The notes under the pieces were generated by a model. The model saw nothing but the letters and a program-made list of their open reading frames with translations. It did no database searches and was not told where the DNA came from. From Cenococcum geophilum (taxonomy: Eukaryota): DNA of 64,000 nt. Each line of letters opens with the position of its first letter. Within the stretch, counting starts at the first letter, position 1. A program made the translations under genes and the position numbers. The DNA is taken from positions 1,922,001 through 1,986,000 of the forward strand of contig CP158636.1 of assembly GCA_050273025.1 (NCBI GenBank), in the 5' to 3' direction. Below are positions 1 through 14,049 of the stretch, piece after piece.

Positions 1-3000
1 GGGTTAAAAGGGATCGATATATTATATATTAATCTAGGTTAGCTAGTTAGTAAAAAAAGCTACACTATCCCTTATACTTTATTTTATAATAGATATTAAG
101 TTTTAACCTCTGCTTTAGCTAATTTAGAAATAAATACCTTCACCTTAATTAATATAAAGTGCGCTACAAAACTGGCTAACTTTTTAAATATACCCCTTAA
201 AGAACTGCCTAAACTAGTCCCTATTCGCGGTTATAACGGACAGATAAAACCACTTATTATAACTATCTTACAGATCTACCTCCGCGTTAATAGATAAAGG
301 CGGTATAACATCCCCTTCCTTATTATAGACCTTAAAAGCTATAATATAATCTTAGGGAGAAAATAGCTAGCCTATTTAGGCTTATAGCTTAATATATAAA
401 ATAGGCAGCTTATCTAGCCCAAAAATATACCCCTAACGCCTTCCTTTATAAAAGAGATTAGTATTACAATAAAAAACCTTATATAGCCGTAGATAAACAC
501 TATTTACTAGTCCAATACAACGCGTAGGGACTAGGCTTTTAAGAAGGATATACAGCTTAATCCGCAACAGATCTATATACTACGCCGCCCCTAGACTACC
601 TATATTACACTACCCGCACTAAAGATTTAGGAAGTTAGTAGTGGCCTAGCTAAGTCCCCAATAAAGAACTTAGGCCCTATATAGCCATAAAAAAAGGCTA
701 GGGATATTAGATAATATACTAAACTAATAGACTAAAAGGATAACTTATAGAAAATAGAATATAAGCTAAGGAAGACTATAAACCCTATACCGCAAAATAC
801 GGCCTAATAAACATCTGTAAAGAAACCCACAGACCTCCCGCTAGTTAATATCTGCTATATTAGCGCTATAGAATTCTACTAAAACCTAGTTTAGCCTAAT
901 ACCGTTACCTTTATAACTAGCTTATATAAAATTAATTAAATAATTAAAGAGAAAGAAGCCCTAGCCTAAGAGAAAGGTAAGCTTATAGATAAAAAGCTAG
1001 TAGAACAAAAACTGCCCTATTAATATTAGAAATTTAAAGATACCTTCTCTAAAGTAGTATCTAATATACTCCCGCCTCACCGACCGTATAACTATAAGAT
1101 TAAAATTAAGCCGGATAAGGTGGTTACCCTTAGCTATAGCCCCCTCTAATAGCAATCTACTACTGAATTATAGGCTATAAAGTAGTATCTTATTAATAAC
1201 CTAGATAAGGGCTTTATTAAGCCTAGTTAAGCCCCTTTTAACTTACCTATTCTCTTTACTAAAAAGCTAAATAAAGGACTTCGTTTCTATATCAACTACC
1301 ATAAGCTTAATAATTTAACCCTTAAAGACTGCTACCTACTACCTTTACTTAATAAGACTTTGGCCTAAATAAGTAAAGCTAAAATCTTTATAAAGCTTAA
1401 TATCCGCCAGGCTTTTTACTAAATTAGGATAGACCCTAAATTAGAAGACCTTACTACGTTTCGGACCTATTACGGAACGTATAAATATAAAGTACTGCCT
1501 TTTAGACTGATTAACGGACCGGCCACATACTAACAATACATAAATAATATACTATTTAACTACCTTAATAACTTCTATACAGCATACCTAGATAATATTA
1601 TAATCTATTTTAAAAATAAACTAGAATATAAAGAGTATATCTATAAAGTCCTATAACGGCTTTAGAAAGCTAGCCTCTAAGCCAATATTAAAAAGTTAGA
1701 ATTTAGTATTAAGTATATAAAATACCTAGGGTTTATTATTAGTATAAACGGGATTAAGGTAGACCTAAAAAAGATGGCTATAATTAACTAATAGGTACCC
1801 CCAAGGACCGTAAAGGGGGTATAGTCATTCTTAAGGTTCTATAACTTCTACTAACGCTTTATTAAGAACTACAGCAGGATTACCCGGCCACTAAGCCTAC
1901 TTACCTATAAGGACCGGCCCTTTCACTTTAACACTATATATAGGCAGGCCTTTAACGAGCTTAAGAAATGACTAGTCTCTGCTCCCTTACTCGCCTACTT
2001 TAACCTAAAACGGCCCTTAATGCTAGAAACCAATGCCTTAGATAGTATTATAGCTAGCGTTTACTCCCAAAAGCAAATAGACAGAAAATAGCACCCTATT
2101 ACTTACTATTCGAAGATAATAGTAAATACTAAGCTAAACTACCTAATTTATAACAAAGAAATACTAGCTATTATCTCTAGCTTTTAGCACTAGCGAGCCT
2201 AACTAAAAGGCACCCCTAAGTCTATTTAGGTAGTTTCTAATTATAAGGCCTTAGAATATTTTATAATAATAAAGGCCCTTACGGCCGAACAGGCGCGCTA
2301 GGTAGACACCCTATCTTAATTTAACTTCCTAATTATATATAGGCCCGGCGCCACTAACTGTATAGACGCTCTTATAAGGCGTAAACAGGATATAAATAAC
2401 TAGACAGCCGTAAAGATCTTATTATAAACCTAAGCGCTACTATAACTAGAGCACCTTAACTTCCGGATACGGGCAGAACTAAATATAAACTCTTTAGATG
2501 CCGAGATATACCCTATTAACTCTATAGAACTAGACTTTATTAATAAACTACTACAGGTAAACCGTACGGCCCCTTCTCTATAAGAGTACCGCAAAAAGGC
2601 AAGGAACGTTTCTAGCCTATAGTCCCTTAAAAGTAGACTACTTAAGCACTGTAAACGGCTAGTAGTAGCAAAGGAACAGAACTTATAGACTTAGCTTATT
2701 GCCAAAGCATATACCTAGGTCTTTACGGCCTACCTTAGAAAAAAATAAAACCTATAGGATTATTAGCAACCGCTACTACTAGCCTAGAATAATTATAAAT
2801 ATTAACCGCTATATACAAAACTGCAATAACTGCTATAGGTTTACAATTCCATAAGACAAAACCCTAGGACTATTAAAACCCCTCCTAATACCTAACTACC
2901 CCTAGTAATATATCTCCATAGACTTTTATAAGCTACCTCTAGACCGTAACAGATATAATATAGTTATAATCCTAGTTAACTACTTCGGCAAACGCCTGTT

Positions 3001-4449
3001 CTTAATTCCCTATTATAAAAATATTAATACTAAAAAGGCGGCCCGACTATATATCTACTACGTCTACTAAATTTATGGATTATTAGATACTATTATATCT
3101 AACTATAGGCTACAGTTTATATTAGCCTTTTAGAATAAGTTTACCCGGATCCTAGGCATTAAGCTAAAGCTTTCTATAGTATATTACCCCTAAATAGACG
3201 GTTAAACGGAGATTATAAATTAATACTTAAACTAAAAACTCTAGCCTTTTATTAACTACTTCTAGGATAACTAGGCTAAACTATTACTCTTAATAAACTA
3301 CGCCCAAGCCACCCTACCCTACAACTCTACCAGATTTGCCCCTATTTAACTAGAAATAGGTTACCTACCCTATATAAGCTTTAACTAGGAAAGACTAAAA
3401 GGGCCCCAGACTATACACAAAAAACTATCTTATAAGGAAGCCCAGTAGTACGCTAAGCGCTTAGAAGAAGCCTAGAAAGTAGCCTATATAAACCTAAAAA
3501 AGGCTTAAAAATTAATAGAACAGCAGGCAAATAAGTATAGGCGCGAGCCTAACTTTACTATAAGCGATATAGTCTAGGTTATAATAAAGAACTAAAAGAT
3601 AGAACGGCCTAGCTATAAGCTAGACTATAAAATAGTAGGACCGTATAAGATTCTTAATAAAGTAGGCAACTTATATAAGGTTAAGCTCCTAAACTTAATT
3701 CCAGTTTACCCTATTTTATTACTGGATAAGCTACGAAAAGCTATAAATAACCTACTACCCAAATAAAAGAATGAACCTCCCCTGCTAATTTAAGTTAACA
3801 ATAATAATGAATAAGAAATTAAAGAAATACTAGCCTATAAACTTATAAAGGGAACGTTAAAGTATTATATTAGTTAGAAAGGATATAACCTAGACCCCAC
3901 TTAGTACCCTATATAAAACTTTATAGGTAGCCTCTATAAGCTTTAGGAGTTTTATAGCTATTACCCTAACAAACCTAGACCGCTAAAGTACCTAGACGAG
4001 TAGATAAAATGCTAGCATAATAAAGATAATAAGCTACTAGAAGAATATAAGGACAAAAACACCCCAGAAATTTCTTAGTTATATAAGGTCTTAAGATATC
4101 TAGGAACTTTAACCGGCGGTTAAAGTTGTCTAATTAGTTAGATTTTCTTACTAAGACTTTTAGCGGCAAAGCCTAAGGGCAGGCTTTTTTAGAGGGGGGG
4201 TAATGTTACAGCACTGGCAGAACTTGGCAGAACTTAGCAGAACTTAGCAGAACTACGCAGCAGCAAGTTGCCATAGATTGCCGCATATTGCAATCACGTA
4301 TGCGAAGATCTTATAAAATATTAAACGGCGCTACTCTTTTTCTCCTTTCCTTTCCCTAGCTTTAGATTCTCGTTTATAGATAATCCAATCGTATAGGCTT
4401 ACGCGACCCTTTTGCTATACCTATGTCTCGATTAACTAAGTCGCTAATA
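1..4449 (+). mobile_element. Ty3/Gypsy (chromovirus) LTR retrotransposon A, 3' part (PR-RT-RNaseH-IN-chromodomain + 3' LTR), RIP-inactivated
   Basis: De-RIPed motifs in Gypsy order: LDKGFIxPS..PILF.KK..GLRF(C)I(D)Y (~1200-1300), AYLD(D)IxIY (~1582-1608), LET(D)A(S)D (~2024), integrase YY(W)(P), S(M)DF, (H)P(Q)(T)DG(Q)TE (~2770-3210), chromodomain with (W)KGY(D)(P)DPT(W)YP (~3870-3910). PPT agaggggggg at 4191-4200. The 5' end lies outside the window. Confidence 0.95.
4204..4449 (+). repeat. 3' LTR of element A (246 bp)
   Basis: Starts TGTTAC three bases after the PPT, ends cgctaata (RIPed ...aca). Homologous in reverse complement to the solo LTR at 20924-21172. Confidence 0.9.
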
Positions 4450-4630
4450 CCACTCCTCTTTTATAAGTAGTTTATATAATATACTTATTTTAGTTTAACC
4501 TAGAGTTTACCTAAACCCCTAGGACCTTAAGGGTAGCTTCTAGTTTTTCTTTATAGCCTTAGATATTTACTATTAAGGCTAGGTTACTACTTACCCTTCT
4601 TTTCCTTATAAAGTAGATAAGCTAGTAAAT
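4450..4630 (-). mobile_element. Inverted LINE ORF2 fragment (RT C-terminal region)
   Basis: Reverse complement of the LINE segment at ~7235-7410 (LKVLGV(W)(I)D.RLN(W)..(H)). Confidence 0.8.
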
Positions 4631-7080
4631 TATCTTAGACTATATACCTATACGGATAACACTTAATATCGCCACATTAACGTAATAAACCCGCTAAAGA
4701 CACATTACTAAGAAATTTAACTTAAAAAAGTATGCCTAGAAAGTTACTAATAGGCTAGTAGCTATACCTTAGGTATTAGTAGAGAATATCTAAAGGATTA
4801 TAAGTAACTATTTAAAAGAATACTATTTAAAGGCCTAGCCTAGAAAATACGCCTACTATAAATAGTTACTAGAAACGGCCTAACTACTTATAAGCGTAAA
4901 AAGGGCAAGGTAATAGTATAGTATAATAAATAAAGCCTACCACTAATAGAGCTATAAGGCCTTAAAGAATAGGCCTAAGAAGATAATATAAAAGGAGGGT
5001 AGAAATAGCTAGCGCTAATTTCTAAAAGAAATTACCTTAGACCTTACTAAACTATATAATAAGGGACTCTAGTATATATTAAAGTAAAGTAGGCAAGCTG
5101 CTAAAGAGACACTAGGGAACTTTTACCTATTTATACTTTACTAGATAGAATAGGACTAGTATATAAATAATAATAAGGAAAATATTAAAATATTAGTAGA
5201 AGTTCTTTTTAGGCGCGAGCTGAACAGACCTATAGAATATTGGTGGCTCGTTCTATCCCTTACCTATTGATATAGGTTATATGGTGTTGGTAAGAAGATA
5301 GAGGACGTTGTGTGAGAGCTCCCTGTTGGTAGGGTGTTGGGGCTAGATAAGACCCTAGATAGGGCAGTTGGAGCCGTAGTAAGAGCGGTGGTAGTACTGT
5401 TCGCTGATGTTGTAGCTACCTACCTTTAGAGAGGCAAACTACCTAAATACTTTAAAGTAATAACTATAGTCATCTTATAAAAGGTATAAAAAAAGACGAC
5501 TCTATTTTAGAAAGCTACTAACCCTAAAAAGGCTTTTAAAAAAGATAGTTATAAAATATATATAAGAAGCGGCAGAAGTATAAAAGCTACTACCATAGAT
5601 ATAAATAGGCGTAAGAAAGAAAAGATTAACCCTTTTAGCCCTCCTCCTAATTACCTTTAGTATTTAAGTGGTATAGTACACTTACCTAAAATATATTATA
5701 TTTATACTAAGCTTAGACCTAAGCGGAATATTTAATAATATATTATATAAAAGATTTCTATAAATCCTAAGAAATAAAGGCCTATTAAATTAGATAATTA
5801 ACTTTATCTAAGCCTTTCTAATAGGGCGTATTATAATTAAGGGCTATAAAAGCGAATTAATACTAATACCTATAGGTATTATATAGGGATTACCCCTATT
5901 TCTAATTCTAATTCTTTTCTTTATATCTAAACTACTAGAGATATATAATAATAGCTAGGATAATAGCTATATAGAATTATAGGGGCCTATAAAAGGACAC
6001 TATATACCGTAATAGAATATAAAGTAGTAGTACTGCTACTAGACGTATATATAGAAGCAACTACTATATAGAGGGCATCTATAGTATAAGGCCACCTAGT
6101 AAAGAAGGAGATACGCTAAATAGTAGAGCGTATATAAGGAGTAAGGGCCCTATAAAGAGGCATTATACCTAAGCTTATAAGTTAAAAAGCCCTCTATCTA
6201 TAAGTAATAAAAAGAGAATAGGAAATATAAGAGCTACTATAACACTTAGCGCTACGCTAGTAAAGCACTATAATAATAATAATAGAGGATATGGGGCCAC
6301 TAGTATAAGTGGAGATCTACTATATATATTGCAAGATAGGTAAATACTAAGTAAAAATAATGCTAAAAGAAGGCGGTAAAAGCGTAGAGAGGAACTATAT
6401 GGAGCACCCTATAAATAAGATTAATTTTCTCCCTATATAAAGGATAGATAAAGGTAAAATTTATAGCCGCCTTTCTATTATAGATAGAGGTCTTAAAACT
6501 AAACGTATATCTAGCAAGCATCTATATCCTAAATACTATACTATACTATACGTATAAATAGCCTATATAGTTAGTACACTATATAATACTCTTCTACAAT
6601 TACTATATAGTAAAAAACTAGCTATTTACTAGGGTAGGTATAAATAATATTACCTAAATACTATTTATAAGTAGGGGCCTATATAAAACAGTATAATAGT
6701 TTATAGGTTAAGAAGTCCTCTAATAGTTTTAGATAGCGTATAAGATCTAATAGGAGGATATAGGGGGATATGCTCCTTTTTAGCCCCTTAAGGACTAAAC
6801 AACCCTATTAAGCTAAAGGCGGCTTATAGGCGACCTACTATACCCTTCTACTACCCCCTAGACCTTCTAAGATACCTTAGAAGTATAGTATAAAAGGTAA
6901 ATATATTATAAAGGTAAATAAGCTAGGCGTAGGTAGAGCGCGTAAGATTAGCTAAAAGGATATACCTAGGTTTTTCCCTTATTAGGGATTTTATCTATAA
7001 ATAGAAGGTAGAAGCCTATATAGACCTAATAAGGGAACTAAATAGGGCAATAAATAGAATAAATAAATAATAATAATAAT
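4631..7080 (+). mobile_element. Tad1-like LINE ORF2 remnant, internally deleted, with 3' UTR and (TAA)n tail
   Basis: (A)(P)G(P)D at ~5335, K.DYS...SY(R)P at ~5490-5525, G(V)(P)(Q)G(S)PL(S)(P)IL at ~5875-5910, C-terminal Cys/His region at ~6480-6600, and taataataat tail at 7060-7080. Confidence 0.85.
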
Positions 7081-8634
7081 AGCTAGGATATAATAGTCCT
7101 AGAATTTATAGATAATATAAACCTAATTATATAGGGAATATATAGTAGTAGAAAACTATACTAGGCTAAACTAGGCATATAATAGGTATATTATATAGGC
7201 AAAACAATATAGCGCTAAATTTGTACTAGATAATTATTAGCTTATTTACTTTATAAGAGAAAAAAGAGTAAGTAGCGACCTAGCCTTAATAGTGAATATC
7301 TAGAGCTGCGAAGTAAAACTAGAAGCTACCCTTAAGGTCCTAGGGGTTTAGATAGACTCTAGGTTAAACTAAAATAAGTATATTATATAGGCGACTTATA
7401 AAGAAGTAGTAGTATTTTTGGTAGTATTATAAATTACTACTTTAATATAATGACCCTCTTTTAAATATATACGCCTACTATATATAGTAGTAGTAAAGCT
7501 AATAATGCTATACGGCTCCTAAATCTAGGGCTTAGGACTAGGCGGTAAGGTATTAGTAAAAAGCTCCCTAGCGCTACTAGCTAAGCTATAAAACTAGTGC
7601 CTATATAGAACTATAGGGGCCTATAGAAGAATACTACGCGCTATATTAAAACGCGAAGTAGTAGTTCTACTACTAGATTTATATAGTAACTTAACTACTA
7701 TATAGAAAGTAGTTATAGTATAAGGCTACCTAGTAAAAGAAAATATATACTAAATACTAAAATATATATAAGGAATAAGATATATATATAAGAAGCGATA
7801 GCCCCTTAAAGAGGTAATATGCCTAAATATACTAGCTAGGAAGCCTACTACCTATAAGTAGTAAAGAGAGAAAAGAAAATATAAAAACTATTAGCTTACT
7901 AGGCGAAGACCTAACGCTATATTATTAGAGTGCTATAATAGTAATAGAGGATAAAAGGTTACTAATATAGATAGAAATCTACTATACTAATTATAAGATA
8001 GGTAGATCTTAAATAGAAGTAATAATAAAAGGAGGTAGCGAAAATATAAGACGCAGCTATAAAGAACACCCTATAGTTAATACTAATAAAGGTAAAATCT
8101 ATAGTCGCCTTTCTACTATAAATAAAGGTTTTAGGCCTAAATATATAACTAGTAAGCATCTATATTTTAAATACCTTACCTTAATATATATACGGGTGGC
8201 CTATTTAGTTAGTACGCTATATATTACTATTCTACGGTTACCGCTTAGTAAGGGATTAGCTATTTACTAGTATAGGTATAAATAATATTACCTAAATACT
8301 CTTTATAAGTAGAGGCCTATAGATAATAATAAGATAGCTTATAGGCTAAGAAATTCTTTAATAGTTCTAAATAGTATATAAGATCTAATAGGAAAATACT
8401 AAAGGGTACTCCCTTTTTTAGCCCCTTAAAGACTAAATATTCCTACTTAGCTATAGGTAGTACGCTAGCAAATTACTAGATACTTCTACTACCCTATCTC
8501 CCTAAATCTTCTAATATACCTAAAAAAATATAGTATATAAGGTAGACCTAAAGATATAAAGATATATTAGTTTGGTAAAGGTAGAATATATAAAACTAGC
8601 TAAAAGGAAATACTTAGGTCTTTCCCTTTATAGG
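7081..8634 (+). mobile_element. Second 5'-truncated Tad1-like LINE copy (RT catalytic motif to 3' UTR, no tail)
   Basis: L(G)F(V)D(D)(T)NL at ~7099-7125; the downstream part is homologous to 5970-6985. Confidence 0.85.
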
Positions 8635-8641
8635 AAAAGGC

Positions 8642-9845
8642 CCTATAAAGGGAAAATCCTAAGTATTTCCTTTTAGTCGGTTTTATATATTCTACCTTTA
8701 CTAAACTAATATATCTTTATATCTTTAGGTTTACCTTATATACTATATTTTTTAGGTATATTAGAAGATTTAGGGGGGGTAGTAGGAGTATCTAGTAATT
8801 TATTAGCGTACTATCTACAGCTAGGCAGCGGTATTTAGTCTCTAAGGGGCTAAAAGGGGTATATCCTTTAGTGTCCTCCTATTAAATCTTATATACTATT
8901 TAGAACTACTAAAAAACTCCTTAGCCTATAAGCTATATTAATACTACTTATAGGCCCCTACTTATAGAGAGTATAAGTAATATTATTTATACCTATACTA
9001 GTAAATAGCTAGTACCTTACTAAGCAGTAGCTATAGAAAAGTAGTATATAGTATCTTAACTAAATAGGCTATCTATAAGTGTATTAAGGTATAGTATTTA
9101 GAATATAGATACTTACTAGCTATATATTTAGGCTTAAAATCTCTATCTATAGTAGGAAGGCGGCTATAGATTTTACCTTTATTAGTCCTTTATATAGGAG
9201 GAGTATTAGTATTAACTATAGGGTATTCTATATAGCTACGTCTTATATTTTCACTACCTCCTTCTATTATCGCTTCTATTTAAGGTCTACCTATTTTGTA
9301 ATAAGTATAGTAGATCTCTATCTATTTAAGGTTTACCTATTTTATAATAAGTATAGTAAATCTCTATCTATACTAATAGCCTCTTATCCTCTATTACTAT
9401 AGTAATACTCTACTAGTACAGCGCTAGGTCTCCACCTAGTAAGCTAATAGTTCCTATATTTTCTTTTCTTTCTTTACTACCTATAGGTAGAGGGCTTCCT
9501 AGCTAGTATACTTAGGCGTATTACCTCTTTAAGGGGCCCTTAATCCTTATATACGTCTTATTCCTTATATACGTTTTAGTATTTAGCATATATTTTCTTT
9601 TACTAAGTAGCCTTATACTATAACTATTCTCTATATAGTAGTTATATTAATATATAAGTCTATTAGTAGAACTACTACTTTATATTCTAGTATAGCGCGT
9701 AGTGTTCTCTTATAAACCCCTATAGTTCTATATAGGTACTAGTTTTATAGCTTAGCTAATAGCGCTAAGGAACTTTTTATTAATACCTTACTACTTAGTC
9801 TTAGGCCCTAGATCTAGGAGCCGTATAGTATTATTAGCCTTACTA
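8642..9845 (-). mobile_element. Inverted duplicate of the LINE 3' part (right arm of a palindrome with 7491-8634)
   Basis: Centre tttccctttatagg-aaaaggc-cctataaagggaaa. The outer ends tagtaaagctaataatgctatacggctcc and ggagccgtatagtattattagccttacta are reverse complements apart from transitions. Confidence 0.9.
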
Positions 9846-10224
9846 TATATTATGTTATCTTATAATATTTAATTACGCTATTGCGGCTCCCGTTAGGGTC
9901 TATATAGCAGGTCTATATAGGTATATATATATATATATGTATAAGAGGGGAACCGTACCGCTAGGGCCGGATAAAACCTCTCCTTCTCTTGTTATACGGC
10001 CTATATGGCTTATTATGCGGCCTATATAGCCTCTCTTCTAATTAGTAACTGCTAAGCATAAGTAGACGTCTCTTTAAGGCGCTATAGAAAAGCCATCTTA
10101 ATGCGTACTCCTGGGTCTGTCTAGTAGGGTATATAGTTAGGGCCTAGATTCTGTTCCTAGCTACATCGGGAAAATATTCGCAGGATGAGATTTAAGTAGA
10201 CTTTATTTAGCGCGTTTCGCGTAA

Positions 10225-10500
10225 TTAATATGCAATTGACCAACTTAACATACAACTTAACTAACTTAACACGCAATTGACTAACTTAATATATAACTTG
10301 ACCAACTTAATACATAATTAACCAACTTGACATTTAACTTAACTAACTTAATACGCAATTGACCAACTTAATATTTAACTTAACTAACTTAATACGTAAT
10401 TAACCAACTTGATATATTTAAAAGTTAAATAATACGCAGTTAACCTACTTAATAACTTTAAAAGCCAACTGCACATTCCTTAACATATAATTGAGGTAAT
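10225..10500. repeat. Tandem array of ~20-bp unit (consensus ~TTGACCAACTTGACACGCAA); possible subterminal repeats
   Basis: Repeated caacttaac/gcaattgac words are directly visible. Confidence 0.75.
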
Positions 10501-10709
10501 GTAATATATTATTTTAAAGTTATATGCTAATTACATAAATGAATTTTTACTATTTTCTTGGCCTATAGTATACTAGCTTATAATATATATTATATATAAT
10601 CTTATATAATCTTATACAATCTCATACAATCTTATATAATCTTATACAATCTTATATAGTCCTATATGGTCTTATATAGGTTTATTATTATATTATATAT
10701 TATAGGTTC

Positions 10710-13500
10710 TATACTAGCTTAGCTGCTTTTGTTATTTGTCCTAGCTTCTATATAATAACGCAATGCAAGTTCCTTCTTTAAGAAAGTTGTCCGAGTATAA
10801 AGTATTATATTAGTCCTAATTAATATAATTATTAACGTAGTACAAATCTAGATAAGAAGTAGCGGCTAGAATAATATGCGCGCTTTATAGAATAGATAGC
10901 ATTAAATAAAAGCGACCACCTCTAAGTACTTGCCTAGTATTTACGCTCAGGCGCGGCTACCTTTTCACCTTAACTATACCGTGTATTAGATGCGGCAGTC
11001 TATGATTTAATGGCTAAAGCAGCTCTACCATAGCTCCAGTATACTATATATATACACCGTACTTATCTAACCTTTTAATATCTAGAATAGTAATAATTAG
11101 CTAAAGCTGGCCTATAAGTCTTTTACCTAACGGCGTACGGCCCTTTCTAATACGGTTGCCGTTATTTATATACTCCTAAACCCATATATAATTACGCCTC
11201 CACTAGTTAAAATATTGCCAATTTAGTATACAACGTACTACCTCACTAATTTGGCCCTTAAGGTTAGTTGCATTTTTTCCGTCTCATTTCCAACAGTAAA
11301 TAGATGGATGTATTTTAATAAGTAGGCGCTTAACCTATAAGGGGTCCTTCTCTTTCCGGTCTATATTGGAGTTCTAGGTATATTCGCCTTATAGTTTTCG
11401 CCTATACTCTTAAACAAATACCGTAATACCGTCTAAAAACCCTAGAATTTCGTAGTAGTTTGCCACATAAAATATATAAAGCCATATCTTTAACTTAAGA
11501 CGCCTCTGGATAAGATCTATTGCCCTATCTATATCTTCTAAAGGCCACCAAAGCTTTACAACTGCCAAATGCTATATTAGTTAAGTAGCCTGCACCTCCA
11601 AACGCTGGGAAGACTGTAGTATAGAATTACTATTTATAAAAGCTATTTCGTCTTCTATTGCTAGTACTACTACCCATCTTAAATTGTGAGAGTAGATTTA
11701 AAATAGCGAATCCCGTTTATTTATTAAGTTATAAAACGCCTTAATAATATAACGGTGTCCAGCTTCGCTATTTACGCTAGTATAATACCTATCTACACAT
11801 CCGTATAGGCGGATATTTTCCTCAAAATATATAAGTGCATGGAATTTTAGTATATTAAAATGGCCCATATTAGAATCCTTTACCTTTAGATGGAAACTTT
11901 AAAACACGCCTTTAAGCATATTAATTTAATATAGGGCGTGGTATATATATCGTAGTATCTCCTTATTATAGGTGCGATACTAAGCTATAATAATAAAGTT
12001 ATATACGGCTCTTGTAAAATACATAGTATATAGTTCCCTAGACAACAGTAGTAGGGCTAGTATAGCAACAAGTTAACGAACCATAGCTTTTTATTTATTA
12101 CCTATCTATTAAGTAACTTTACTAAATAATAGGTTATTAAACCGTTTTAGCCCTATAAAAGCCAGGACTTATCTAAAACGCTAATTAAGCTAAGCCTCCA
12201 CAGATATATTTATTATAGTTGTCTTTATTCCTCTTCTCTTTCTTTTTAGCTAAACAACATCGCCTACTAGTTTCCGTACCCATTTAATAAGTTATATAAT
12301 AATACCCTTTAAAAGCTAATATAGAACATCTACTATTATACCTTTATAGATGTTAAATAGGCGATAGTGCCACGTGAAATATTCTACTAGATATACCTAG
12401 TCATCCAAAGATGGAAGAATGTTCTCTAGTTTCTAGCGTTTAATCTATCTTCTTATCTCCTTATAGGTGCGTAGCGGGTATTATTTCTTAGTTAAGTTCT
12501 TACGCTTTAAAGGGGGGACCTAGCATATAGTACAGTGCTATTAGCTTTTAACACCTATAAGTAGCACTTATTCTTTATAGTCTACCATTATTCCATATAT
12601 AATTAGATAACATCATTACATAAAATTATCCGCATATTAAAGGTCTACGCCGCTTTCTATAAGATGCTTAATTGCTATTATATTTTAGTTAATAAAATAT
12701 AGCGTTAGAATACTAAAGCAGGACTTATGTTTAAGTATAGTTCTTATTACCTTATAATATACTTTACTTTTCATATTATTATCTTTTTCTTTAATAACTG
12801 GTATAAAGCCAATAAGGATATTTACGGGGGATATCTATTAGCGCTAAACTTATTAGTTAAGATTACCGATGGTAAGATATACCAGCCAGGCCGATTTATC
12901 GCCATAGTGCATTATTAGCTAGGTCTTATCAACTGCTATAAGTATAGGAACTACTATAGCACCGCTAGGAAGCTTACCTTATATCTCCTACCACCAGTTA
13001 CCGCTATATAGCTTATTATAGACTTAGTAGTTTTCGGCATTATAGAGTCTCTTTAGTGCATATATTAGTGCATCTTTAAAGGGTTAATAGCCAATTAGAA
13101 AGGCAATTATATTTATAATATCCTAGTAAAGAATATAGTATTCCCTCTACTTAGAGCCTTTAATATTTAATTCCACCTTACACTCTAATCGGAGCTATTA
13201 TTCGTCTTATATACCAAATAGAATAGCGGTAATTAGTTCTTCCCATTAATTTACAAATTAGAAGCTAAGTAGGCCATAAAGTAGGCTAAGGCGGGTGTCT
13301 TTAAGCAGTATATTAACGTCTCCCTTTATATAGCAAATGCGGTACAGCCATATTAAAAAGGCGTAATTAAACTCTAAATAAAAAGGATTATATAGTATAC
13401 TTTAGCTATTATTATATTATAATATAGTAATATCTAAAATTATCTGGCTAACTTACTATACATTATTATCGGTCTCGCATAAAATTAGTTCACCCGCCTT
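10710..13500 (-). pseudogene. Plavaka-family transposase (PF18759-like), RIP-inactivated
   Basis: Minus strand, de-RIPed: NPF..EF(D)YAF..W; Y(R)D...I.FLIG(H).PF.D.L.YA(P).R; WW(W)E.(Q).KLPSGA.VVPILIAVDKT(Q)L.MHYGDKSAW(P)VYLTIGN (12860-13000); DY.(E)(Q)VLL.GVKS..HC.IC.VPP; FNI..GI.VDVL(H)(Q)LLKGI (~12300); GHFNI(P)KFHAL..F.ENIRLYG (~11800-11866); C-terminal SAHII...YYVNNYI(D)(W)D(Q)YNTLY (~10790-10890). Confidence 0.9.
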
Positions 13501-14049
13501 TATATTCTTAGTTACTTTAAATATCTCTACTCTAAGTAATAATAATAACGATATAACGCTTTTCTAATATAGTATACCGCACAGAGGCACTAGATAGGCA
13601 TTTTACTTATATTCTACCGCCACTAGAGCGTACTTATTAGTATCCGTATTTATACCGTCTAGTTATAATCACGCGTTATCTAACCAGTAAGAGTAGTAGA
13701 ATTAATCGCGAATTATAAGTAGTTGGGCCGCAATAAATATACAAGTGTTATATCTCTCTTTATATACTTTTTTATAGACATATTAGTAGCTAGGCAGCCG
13801 CCTTTTATAACACCATAGGTATTAGTAAAGGCCGCCGTAACTCTTAGGGGTATAAAAACACTATAGACAGCTCCGCTATATTATCACTAATTATATATTA
13901 AATAATATAGTATTATTTCTAGGCGCAAAGAGTGTATATTATAGTACTAACAGTTAATTACCGGTATTTAATCTATATAGGTGGCTTAGCTTTATAGCTA
14001 CTAAGAGTATACCTCTTATTTTCTCACTAGAACTAGTTATGCTAAAGTA

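Noticed and set aside
9850..10200. Possible solo LTR starting tgttatc at ~9853, or the left terminus of the Plavaka block
   Set aside because: No matching end, TSD or second copy was found in the window.
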